Assembly (NCBI GenBank): GCA_964016885.1
Contig: OZ024740.1
Location: 205,406,001-205,470,000, forward strand
Source: Eledone cirrhosa
Lineage: Eukaryota
Length of the DNA stretch: 64,000 bases
Direction of reading: 5' to 3'
The notes below the pieces were generated by a model. That model was not told the origin of the DNA. It saw only the letters and a program-made list of their open reading frames with translations, and searched no databases. Below, piece after piece: positions 1 through 10,738 of this stretch. Every line of letters begins with the position of its first letter. Positions within the stretch are counted from its first letter, which is position 1. The position numbers and the translations under genes were made by a program.

Positions 1-1196
1 TCCCTCTTATTCCTAATTTCTCACTTAGTTCATTTATGCTTTGCCGTTCACGTATATTACTATTACACATCCAACGGAGCATGCATGCTTCATTCCTTTC
101 CAGTCTGCGCAGGTCCTCTGCACGCAATGCCCATGTCTCACTGCCATGTAGCATTGCTGTTCGTATACAAGCATCATACAATCTGCCTTTCATTTTTAGA
201 GAGAAACCTTTAGTGGCCAATAGTGGTATAAGCTCTCTGAACTTTTTCCATCCCGTTCTGACTCCTGTACTTTCAGAGCACCCTCCACCACTGCTGATTT
301 GTCACCCAGGTAACGGAAAGTGCCCACTATTTCTATAGAACCATCTGGGCAATAGAAAGAGCTAGTATCCTGTGGGCACTTGCTACTTATTAAACCTGAG
401 CATCGGCCACATATAAAATCTACGTTCTTAGATAGTTTACCTATGATCCCACTACATCTTTTATGTACCCATAGTTTGCATTTGGGACATAAAATGGAAT
501 TTCTACCTACTCCATTCTTACACACTGAGCATGGCCATTTCCCTGAGAGCACCTGTACCCTATTTTCCTTCCTACATACTAGAACTTTAGTCTTAGACAA
601 GTTAACTTTAAAGCCTTTTGATTCTAGGCCATGCTTCCATGTTTGGAATTTCTTCTCTAGTTCAGCCATAGATTCAGCTATGAGTGTTAGAACATCTGTG
701 TATAGGAGCTCCCATGGGCAGCCGGTCTTAAACTCCTCTGTTATAGCCTGAAGGGCAATAATAAATAGGAGGGGGTTAAGGACAGAGCCTTGATGAACCA
801 CCAACTTTTACACTAAATTCTTCACAATATTCATTGTTAATTCTAACCTTACTGACTGTTTCATTATACATAGCTTGTATAGCTCTCAGAAGCTATTCAT
901 CTACACCTAGTTTTCTAAGAGCCCACCAGATAATGGAGCGGGAGACTCTGTCAAAGGCTTTCTCCAGGTCTACAAAAGCTAAGTAGAGGGGGTTTACTTT
1001 TAGCTAGGTACTTCTCCTGTAGTTGTCGTACAAGGAAAAGAGCGTCTGTGGTACTTTTACCTGACACAAACCCAAACTGCATTTCATCTAGATCAATTTG
1101 CTCTGTGACCTTCATGACCTGATCAACTAACTTAATGCCTCTATAGTTTCCCCTATCTAGAGCATCCCCTTTACCCTTGTAGCAGTTAATGATGTA
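1..1196 (-). mobile_element. RTE-clade LINE fragment (RT region, frameshifted)
   Basis: ORFs 196-804 and 951-1433 give CYKGKGDALDRGNYRGIKL, QFGFVSGKSTTDA, HQGSVLNPLLF and PWELLYTDVL (degraded YADD). Same family as 31507-33867; runs off the window edge. Confidence 0.93.
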
Positions 1197-1224
1197 CTCT
1201 GTAAAATGGATAATCAAACAGAGA

Positions 1225-1478
1225 CAACATAAGATAGGAAAAAAAAACACTTGGCTGGAAACCAGTATCCTAGTGATAATGACATCATATCTGCTGTTGA
1301 TGACTTTTTTGACCCACAGGATGAAAGCTTCTTCACCAATGGGATCCAAGCACTGCAATACTGATGGAAGAAGTGTGTGGACATAAGGGGGACTATGTTG
1401 AAAAATAAACCTCTTCATTTGGTCACATTCCATGAGAGTATCTCGGTCAGCCTATGAACTTTTCAGCTGACCCTCATA
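1225..1478 (+). mobile_element. Tc1/mariner transposon 3' relic
   Basis: Translates to ..DESFFTNGIQALQY*WKKCVD..GDYVEK*, the mariner transposase C-terminus. It is followed by TIR-like aacttttcagctgaccctca and TA. Confidence 0.8.
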
Positions 1479-1504
1479 TATACACATATAATTATATACA
1501 TACA

Positions 1505-3483
1505 TAGAGAGAATTGATCTAGATGAAATGCAGTTCGGGTTTGTGTCAGACAAAAGTACCACAGACGCTCTTTTCATTGTACGACAACTACAGGAGAAGT
1601 ACCTAGCTAAAAGTAAACCCCTATACTTAGCTTTCGTCGACTTGGAGAAAGCCTTCGACAGAGTCCCCCGTTCCATTATCTGGTGGTCTCTTAGAAAACT
1701 AGGTGTTGACGAATGGCTTGTGAGAGCTATACAAGCCATGTATAAAGAAACAGTCAGTAAGGTTAGAATTAACAACGAATATAGTGAAGAGTTTAGCGTA
1801 AAAGTTGGTGTCCATCAGGGCTCTGTTCTTAGCCCCCTACTATTTATTATTGCCCTTCAGGCTATAACAGAGGAGTTCAAGACCGGCTGCCCATGGGAAC
1901 TCCTATACGCAGATGATCTAACGCTCATAGCTGAATCAATGACCGAACTAGAGAAGAAATTCCAAACATGGAAGCACGGCCTAGAATCAAAAGGCCTTAA
2001 AATTAACCTGGCTAAGACTAAAGTTCTAGTTTGTAGGAAAGAAAATAAGGCGGCGGTCCCATCTGGGAAATGGCCATGCTCAGTGTGTAGGAAAGGCGTA
2101 GGTAGAAACTCCATTTTATGTCCCAAATGCAAAGTATGGGTGCATAAAAGATGTAGTGGGATCACAGGTAAGCTAACTAAGAACATAGATTTTACATGTG
2201 GCCGGTGCTCTGGTGCAATAAGTAGCAGCAAGTGCCCACAAAATACTAGCTCCTTCAACTGCGCAGAGGGTTCTATAGAAATAGTGGACAGCTTCCGTTA
2301 TCTGGGTGACAAAATCAACAGTGGGGGAGGGTGCTCTGAAAGTACAGTAGCTAGAGTCAGAACTGGATGGAAAAAGTTCAGAGAGCTTATACCACTATTA
2401 GCCGCTAGAGGGTTCTCCCTAAAAATGAAAGGCAGGTTATACGATGCCTGCATACGAACAGCAATGCTGCATGGCAGTGAGACCTGGGCATTGTGTGCAG
2501 AGGATATACGCAGACTAGAGAGGAACAAAGCTTGCATGCTCCGCTGGATGTGCAATAGTAATATACGTGAACGGCAAAGCATAAACGAACTAAGGAAAAA
2601 ATTAGAAATAAGAGGGATCAGATGTTGTTTACTCGAGAGAAGGCTACGTTGGTACGGTCACGTGATGCGCATGAAAGACGACAGCTGTATAACAAAGTGC
2701 AGGGCAATAAAGATAGACGGTAGCCACGGAGTAGGCAAACCCAGAAAAACATGGGACGAGCTGATAAATTCCGACCTCACACGCTTACACCTCTCCAAGA
2801 CAATGTCACTGGACCGAGACCTTTGGCGGTACTCAGTAATAGAGAAGACCCGCCTTACCTAAATACAAAGTAAAAACCTACTACAGTCAGTAGGCATCTC
2901 TATCAAAACACACCCCCGTCCCACCACCTCCACCCCACCCACACCGCCCCTTTCAATGTAAAGTTATGTTGGTCCCACAACATCCAGGCCGAAACAAATG
3001 AGATCGTGTAGGTGTCACGACAAAAAACACACAGTCCACGCTGTAAATGTGGCCGTGTAGGCAACACGGTAAAAACCTCCCAGCCCCACACTGTAAATGT
3101 GGTTGGTGTTAGGAAGGGCATCCAACTGTAGAAAACCCGCCAGACAGTCCACGCTGTAATGTGGCCGTGTAGGCAACACGGTAAAAACCTCCCAGCCCCA
3201 CACTGTAAATGTGGTTGGTGTTAGGAAGGGCATCCAGCTGTAGAAAACCCGCCAGACAGTCCACGCTGTAATGTGGCCGTGTAGGCAACACGGTAAAAAC
3301 CTCCCAGCCCCACACTGTAAATGTGGTTGGTGTTAGGAAGGGCATCCAACTGTAGAAAACCCGCCAGACAGTCCTATGCGAGCAAGACAACCACTCTTGC
3401 CTCAAGTGGGAAAACCCCCGTCCAAACCCATGCAAGCGTGGAACACGGACGCTAAACCTGATGATGATGATGATGATGATGAT
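1505..3483 (+). mobile_element. 5'-truncated RTE LINE (RT ORF 1528-2862, 3'UTR, (GAT)n tail)
   Basis: Open 444-aa ORF with FVDLEKAFDRV, QGSVLSPLLF, YADD and RRLRWYGHV motifs; ends in ggacgctaaacct(gat)n. Confidence 0.96.
3031..3374 (+). repeat. ~112-bp segment triplicated in the RTE 3'UTR
   Basis: acagtccacgctgta...aaaacccgccag starts at ~3031, ~3144 and ~3256; it is single-copy in other family members (e.g. 18070-18185). Confidence 0.9.
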
Positions 3484-3624
3484 ACACAGTTTAACTTATG
3501 CCAAAGCCTCCAAAAGAGGAAGAAGATACAAAGCAAAAAAAAACAAAAAAACAATGCAATAAACTTTCGCTCACATCATATCCCTAACTGCAGTTTCTGG
3601 AATTCTTCTTCGCCCACTTATTCC

Positions 3625-4050
3625 TGAGGGTTGTGGGAGCAAAATCCTCAAGCACTCCTTCCAGTGGGTCCTGTCAGAAGTAACCGTCTCCAACTGATCT
3701 GGCTGGATCCCCAAGTAAGACCAGCCAAGCTCATGGATGTTATCCAACTATCTTGCTCAGGGTCTACCACTGGGTCTCCTGTCAGTTGGTTTTGCCCATA
3801 AAATCTGTCCAGTGATTCTTTCCTGAGACATTCTAACCACATGCCTGTAGTATAGGAGCTGTAATCTCTCAATTCAGAGAAGTAGCAGCTCTACCTGGAG
3901 TGACTCTCTGATCTCCAAGCTATGCACTCTATTGAGTAACGTTACTCCAAAGACTCTTCAGGGGAATCCCATTTCAGCCGCTTGTATTCGCGATCATATT
4001 CTTTCAGTCACTACCCAAGATTCATGACCATAGGTAAGGGTAGGCACAAA
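3625..4050 (-). mobile_element. Degraded RTE-type LINE 3' fragment (second family)
   Basis: Homologous to 5483-5740; the minus strand reads ..AKPTDRRPSGRP..RWLDNIHELGW.., an RTE C-terminal RGRP motif. Confidence 0.7.
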
Positions 4051-4529
4051 TAAGAATTAAGAAACAATAATAATGATCCTAATAAATTAAACAACCAACA
4101 TTGGAAGCAAATTCCTTCACCCGTGTGTGTCCATTCTGCTACAATGAGGATATCATCATCATATTTTTATACTAACTAATGAATATAATTTTTTCTTTTT
4201 CAAAGAATCTCTGATAAAAGAATTTTCTTCCAATATAGGTTGTCTTAATTTATTAGGATGATTAATATTGTTTCTTAATTCCAGAAACTGCAATTAGGGA
4301 TATGATCTAAGTGTAACTTTCTTGTATTAGTTTGTTTCACGTTGTATCTTCCTTCTCTTTTGGAGGTTTTGGTATAAGTTAAACTGGGTTTATATACTTC
4401 TCTGATCTAGGAATTCTTAGCTGTCTTGTTTATAGAGATGTTTTCTATATTAATGACAATTTTCTTTTCTCTGTTACTTACATACATATACATGTGTGTA
4501 TGTGTGCATGTGTGTGTATTAAAAAAAAA

Positions 4530-4850
4530 ATGCCCCCATTGGTCATGAATGACCATACTTTTGCACCTAAAAAGTTTCCCTCTGAGGCACAAGCCTGGGC
4601 AAGATTTGTTTGTGGAAGACCAACATTTGTCCATGAATAGAAGCCTCCACTCTCCTGGTTTTGTCCAAGGGAAAGGCAATGACTGATAAAGCTTGACACC
4701 AGAGATATTGCAACTCATTTCTACAGCTGAGTGAACTGGAGCAACGTGAAATAAGGTGTCTTGCTCAAGGACACAATGCATCAGATGGTTTGAGAATTAA
4801 ACTCACAACCTCTAAATTGCAAGCCCAATGCTCTAACCACTAAGCCATGC
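4530..4850 (-). mobile_element. tRNA-derived SINE (CORE-like central block)
   Basis: Minus strand has the A-box tggcttagtggttagagc and the block tgtgtccttgagcaagacac; homologous to 9172-9480. Confidence 0.8.
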
Positions 4851-4921
4851 GAATGTGTGTGTATACACACATATATATATATATATATAATGGTTAATAT
4901 TGCTGGAAAATGGTTACTTAC

Positions 4922-5043
4922 TCAACAATGAGGGGTCTGAAAGAACTGAGTAATAGAAGTACGAAAACAACTGGGAAAAGTGATTTGCGGAGATCGCTTC
5001 GTGTCCAAAGCCACACCAAGAGTGCTGTTGAGATGTGTTGAAT
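4922..5043 (-). CDS. TMEM147: TMEM147 coding exon 5 (122 bp)
   Basis: ctag|ATT...GA|gtaagt; IQHISTALLVWLWTRSDLRKSLFPVVFVLLLLSSFRPLIVE; in phase with exon 4. Confidence 0.9.
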
Positions 5044-5482
5044 CTAGAATTAAATAAATAAAAGAACAAAACTCTGATTTCAATATTTCTTTCATTGTAA
5101 TAATCCCCATGCAACAAAAGTTCATATATCAATTATTTCATTAATGCTTTCTATGTTTGTCACAGCCTGAGGCTCGACTGGTCAGAGAACCTTGACTTGC
5201 TTGTATAGTCCATATCTTGTATAGTTTTTAAAGCAGAATGGCCCTCCTAATGCTAATCACTTTACAGAGTGTACTGGGTGCATTTAAAAATGAGATAATT
5301 GAAATATTTAAAATTAAAATAAAGAAATAATATAAAAGAGTTTTGGTTTTTTAATAAGAAACAATTTAATATTAAATCTATAGGTACCATCATCATCATT
5401 TTCATATCTATTATTCCATGTTTGTATGGGTCAGAAAAGGGCTTCTCAAATATTTTACTTAAGAGACCTTTTTCTTCGCCTA

Positions 5483-5740
5483 CTTATTCCTGAGAGAGTT
5501 GTGGGGGCAGAGTCCTCAAACACTCCTTCCAGCGGGTCCTGTCAGAAGCAACCGTCTCTAACTGATCCGGCTGAATCACCAAGTGTGACCATCCAAGCTC
5601 ATGGATGTTATCCAACCATCTTGCTCGGGGTCTACCCCTGAGTCTCCTGTCAGTTGGTTTTGCCCGTAAAATCTGTCCAGTGATTCTTTCCTGAATCATT
5701 CTAACCACGTGCCCATAGTATCAGAGCTGTGGCTCTACCT
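5483..5740 (-). mobile_element. RTE-type LINE 3' fragment
   Basis: ORF 5484-5708 MVRMIQERITGQILRAKPTDRRLRGRPRARWLDNI resembles the RTE C-terminus. Confidence 0.75.
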
Positions 5741-6187
5741 AAGAGACCCATTGTAACAAAACGTAATTTCTATTCATCCCAAAACATTTTAACTGAGTAT
5801 AAAATTACAAAACATAATTTACCAATGTTTAATACAACTTACACGAGAAAAGAATCAGTAAACTATAAATGTACATTTAATGCTTTAAAGTCAAATTGTT
5901 TGTTCATTTAAATTACTTGTTCATATAGAATGGTCCATTAGTAAATGATATATCACTAATGACCATCACAACCAGTCAGGTATTCTGTTAGGCGTAAAAT
6001 ATCTGACAGCTGTTCTACATGATCCAGTCACTGTTGTCCTGCTATAAAGAGAGTGATAATGGAAAACTAGTAAATTCATCTCCTGTGGACTCCTAAGATT
6101 TTATTCACCCCTAGGAATCTATATGGACCACTTTGAAAAGCCCTGGGTTAGACAAATAAATACAATTTAGAAATAAATGCAACTTAC

Positions 6188-6272
6188 CAAACTGACATTT
6201 GAGTCAAAACTCATTTGGATAAATTTCCAATCAAACTCAATACCTCTTGCTCCAACCCAAAGGGGAATGAAC
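6188..6272 (-). CDS. TMEM147: TMEM147 coding exon 4 (85 bp)
   Basis: ttgcag|G...TTG|gtaagt; (R)[28 protein letters not shown], the most conserved TMEM147 motif. Confidence 0.97.
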
Positions 6273-7125
6273 CTGCAAGAAACATTGTCTAAAATTACTT
6301 TAGGGCAAGATTAAACCTTCCCAATATAAAATCATTTGAAATCAGTTCTGGTCCTACAATATTTTAAAGAATTTATATTTCTCTAAAAAAAACACCCATC
6401 ATTATTTTATGTGAGAATCTTTCTTAATTTATGGTCCAACTTCTTGATTATTTTCAAAATTATTTGAATATCATAGGCAATGCCTTTCATTAGAAATATG
6501 GTAACAAAAGGGTTAAATATATTTTTCTAACTTATAGTGAACAACCAGAAATATCTGGCCAGGTTGGTAGAAGGTATGAGAATAAGCTAGATTGCCTATG
6601 ACTCCTTTTGAAAAGATATACCCTTCAAATTTCATCTACCTGGGTATACAACTATTGCCTACAACCTGGAATATATATGTATATATATCATCATTATCAT
6701 TTTACGTCCGCTTTTCCCCGCTTGCAAGGGTGGGACGGGAACTGATTCTGGCTTGCAGAGTGTACTGAGTGCATTATATTGTAACACCAGCATTAGGGAC
6801 GATGTCATGTCATTGACATGAGTGAAAAGTCCCCGTAATCTTTTTTGGGGGGCTTGGACGTTGTCATGTCCTTGATGTAACAGAATAGTCTTCTAAATCC
6901 TTTTATTAATATCAAGGAAGTAGTATTGCAGTACTATGCTCTTACTATGCATGAAGACAACACAGATAGATTCTTGAAAATCACAGGAAACACTAACCCT
7001 TTCATGAGGACCAAACATGTCACCATGAAATCTGCATCTCAAAAGACTAGGCTTCTTCTTTTGAAACAGAAAACATTTTCACATCTAACCAGTTTATACT
7101 TTACAAAGCTCTAGTGTGACCCACA

Positions 7126-8419
7126 GAGTACTGCTCACATAGCTGGGACAGTACTGCTCTATAGCTGGACAGTACTGTTCTATAGCTGAGACAATACTGC
7201 TCTATAGCTGAGGTAGTACTGCTCTGTAGCTGGGACAGTGCTGCTCTATAGCTGGGACAGTGCTGTTCTATAGCTGGGACAGTGCTGCTCTATAGCTGGG
7301 ACAGTGCTGCTCTATAGCTGAGACAGTGCTGTTCTATAGCTGGGACAGTATTGCTCTATAGCTGGGACAGTGCTGTTCTATAGCTGGGACAGTGCTGCTC
7401 TATAGCTGGGACAGTGCTGCTCTATAGCTGAGACAGTGCTGCTCTATAGCTGGGACAGTACTGCTCTGTAGCTGGGACAGTACTGCTCTGTAGCTGAGGT
7501 AGTACTGCTCTGTAGCTGGGACAGTGCTGCTCTATAGCTGGGACAGTGCTGTTCTATAGCTGGGACAGTGCTGCTCTATAGCTGGGACAGTGCTGCTCTA
7601 TAGCTGAGACAGTGCTGTTCTATAGCTGGGACAGTATTGCTCTATAGCTGGGACAGTGCTGTTCTATAGCTGGGACAGTGCTGCTCTATAGCTGGGACAG
7701 TGCTGCTCTATAGCTGAGACAGTGCTGCTCTATAGCTGGGACAGTACTGCTCTGTAGCTGGGACAGTACTGCTCTGTAGCTGGGACAGTACTGCTCTATA
7801 GCTGGGACAGTACTGCTCTATAGCTGGGACAGTACTGCTCTGTAGCTGGGACAGTGCTGCTCTATAGCTGGGACAGTGCTGCTCTATAGCTGAGACAGTG
7901 CTGCTCTATAGCTGGGACAGTATTGCTCTATAGCTGAGGTAGTACTGCTCTGTAGCTGGGACAGTGCTGCTCTATAGCTGGGACAGTGCTGCTCTATAGC
8001 TGAGACAGTGCTGCTCTATAGCTGAGACAATACTGCTCTATAACTGAGGTAGTACTGCTCTGTAGCTGAGACAATACTGCTCTATAGCTGAGGTAGTACT
8101 GCTCTGTAGCTGGGACAGTACTGCTCTATAGCTGGGACAGTGCTGCTCTATAGCTGGGACAGTGCTGCTCTATAGCTGAGACAGTGCTGCTCTATAGCTG
8201 GGACAGTATTGCTCTATAGCTGGGACAGTATTGCTCTATAGCTGGGACAGTATTGTTCTATAGCTGAACAATACTGTTCTATAGCTGGACAATACTGTTC
8301 TATAGCTGAAACAGTATTGCTCTATAGCTGGGACAGTATTGTTCTATAGTTGGACAATACTGTTCTATAGCTGGACAATACTGTTCTATAGCTGAAACAG
8401 TACTGCTCTATAGCTGGGA
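7126..8419. repeat. 22-bp minisatellite (~59 units) in TMEM147 intron 3
   Basis: Unit tatagctgggacagtgctgctc with point variants. Confidence 0.97.
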
Positions 8420-8968
8420 TGGTAGAAGAAACCATAAATCAGCAATTTCCAATTTTTTCGCTAACATGGACCCGAAGCTTTGAAAGTGCTGTCTCCTGAA
8501 TAACCCTCTGGACCCCCATTTATACCACAAGTTTGTCTTTTGAACAATCTCATTCACCCCCACTACTATTCCATGTCTCTCTAGAACAATTTCATGGACC
8601 CCTACTTCTGCTTAGGGATCCACAGTTGATGGGTTGGGAAATGTTGATATAAATGATTACAAAACTTTTCAGAATTTTGTCAAATGCTATGCAAATAAAA
8701 TCTATAGAAATACAGTTTAAAAGTGTAGGTGCTTGGCTTAGTGGTTTCGATTCATGGACCTGGCTGTTCAGTGTGTTTTTGAGCAAGATGCTTCATTTCA
8801 CATTGCTTTTCATGATAGGACTTGGGGTCCTGTCATTCAGAAACCTCCTATGAGATTCAACCTTGTAGGAGGCCAGATGAACTTGCACAGGAGTGAACTG
8901 AAATTATTTTTTTAAAAATTCAATTCATTCAAGTGTAAGGAAATAAAGTTTGAAGCAATACAACTTAC

Positions 8969-9105
8969 CTGGTCATAATAAGTTCAGCTGTAGCCCAACC
9001 CATACCAGCAATGAGAAACTTAAGTTGACCTTTGGCAGGAATGGAGTTCATCAGAAGATAAAGACCTACTAGGTCAGCAAGATCAACAAAACATTTTAAT
9101 GTTTC
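8969..9105 (-). CDS. TMEM147: TMEM147 coding exon 3 (137 bp)
   Basis: ttgcag|GAA...CCAG|gtaagt; ETLKCFVDLADLVGLYLLMNSIPAKGQLKFLIAGMGWATAELIMTR. Confidence 0.96.
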
Positions 9106-9171
9106 CTGCAAAGAGAAAAAAAAACCCATTAGAATTCTAGTTTAATGTAATTTAAAGAATTGTATAAAAGA

Positions 9172-9480
9172 CACCTGGCTTAGTGGTTAGAGCATTGGGC
9201 TTGCAATTGGTAGGTTATGAGTTTGATTATCAGACCGGGTGATGTGTTGTGTCCTTGAGCAAGACACTTTATTTTGTGTTACTCCAGTTTACTCAGCTGT
9301 AGAAATGAGTTGCGATGTCACTAGTGCCAAGCTGTATCGGCCTTTTCCTTTCCCTTGGGCAACATTGGTGCAGCGAAGAGGGGAAATTGGAATGCAAGGG
9401 CGACTGCTGGTCTCCCACAAACAACCTTGCCCGGACTTGTGACATGGAGGTACAAATCCCATGGTCACTTGTGACTGAAG
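9172..9480 (+). mobile_element. tRNA-derived SINE (CORE-like)
   Basis: A-box tggcttagtggttagagc, degenerate B-box gagtttgatt, and tgtgtccttgagcaagacacttt. Other copies lie at 4530-4850, 22889-23108 and 42265-42410. Confidence 0.8.
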
Positions 9481-10159
9481 AGGGTCTTTACCCTCTACCC
9501 TATAAAAGGCACCTAACACACTAGAAAGTAGCTGGTGTTCAAACGGTAACAACAAAGGATAGAGTGGACTTTAGTAATATCAAGGATATAACAATGTCTC
9601 TAGTGCTGATGCAATGACAAAATGCACCCAGTACACTCTGAATTTCCTTTTCAACCATATATCTTAAAACTGACAGCTATTTCTGAAGAAAATATACAGA
9701 AGCAGAAAGTTCCAAACAGAAGTGGAATCTAAAATAAAAAGAGTTTAATTGAACAATAATTGAAATTTTGTAAAGTAGTTTGATGATTGAACAAAGACAA
9801 TGTAAAGTGGACTCTTTATTCTTGTTGAGGACCTTTAGTGATAGGACTACCATCATAAAATGCACCCAGTACAGTTTGAAAAGTGCTTGGTGTTAGGATG
9901 GGCATTCAGACATAGAAACCAAACCAAAACTTGGAATGATGTAGTCTTTGACCTATCTAGGAGGACAGTAACTTCAAAGAAGAACTGACATGGATCTTGA
10001 TAACCTGTCCAATCCATGCCAACATGGAAAGCAGATGTAAATTGATGTTGATGCTATTCATTATCATAGTCCAAGGCAAGAGAGGTAGAGGGAGCATGTT
10101 TTGCTTATATGCTGTATATTTGAAATAATTTATATAGCTAGACACCCTTCTTAATGCCA

Positions 10160-10540
10160 ACCTCTTTACAGAATGTACTAGGAGCATTTTATTGTGGCCC
10201 TAGCACTATCATTTTACAGTGTGCACCAGTTGCATTTTATTGTGGCCCCAGCTCTAGCACTTTATCGAGTATAGTGGGTGAATTTTATCACAGCACTAAC
10301 TGTACCACTTTAATGAGTATACTGGGTGCATTTTATCACAGCACTAGCTCTACCACATTATCGAGTATATTGGGTGAATTTTATCACATCACTAGCTCTA
10401 CCACATTATCTAGTATACTGGGTGCATTTTATCACGGCACTAGCTCTACCACATTATCGAGTATATTGGGTGAATTTTATCACATTACTAGCTCTACAAC
10501 TTTACTGGGCGCATTTTATCATGGCTCCAGCACTACCACT
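10160..10540. repeat. 48-bp degenerate tandem repeat in TMEM147 intron 2
   Basis: Unit actgggtgcattttatcacagcactagctctaccacattatcgagtat, ~7-8 copies. Confidence 0.85.
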
Positions 10541-10602
10541 TACAGCTATGATGATATTGATGGTGATAAAGAAAAAAATGAAGGTGTAATTTGCCAACTG
10601 AC

Positions 10603-10738
10603 CCCAACAACATCCAAAGAGTCCGAGCTAAATTCTGTAGCTGGAAAGAAGGTCGCTAACACCAACATCTTACATAGTTGAGTAAAAAGGTACGCTGTTC
10701 CAGCCTGGACACATTTCCAGAAAGCACTGTATTCAGCC
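10603..10738 (-). CDS. TMEM147: TMEM147 coding exon 2 (136 bp)
   Basis: tttcag|G...GGG|gtcagt; (M)[45 protein letters not shown]. Confidence 0.96.

Noticed and set aside
1-4921. Terminal TMEM147 exon
   Set aside because: No phase-compatible exon with TMEM147-like sequence was found; presumed outside the window.
7126-8419. CRISPR-like appearance of the 22-bp repeat
   Set aside because: No unique spacers, no cas genes, and a eukaryotic intron context.
9172-9250. tRNA gene-like A/B boxes (also 4790-4850, 23040-23108, 42270-42335, 48115-48200)
   Set aside because: These are SINE heads continuing into shared SINE bodies, with no complete cloverleaf.
10154-10681. 175-aa Ser/Thr-rich ORF
   Set aside because: Product of the 48-bp tandem repeat and antisense to TMEM147 exon 2.
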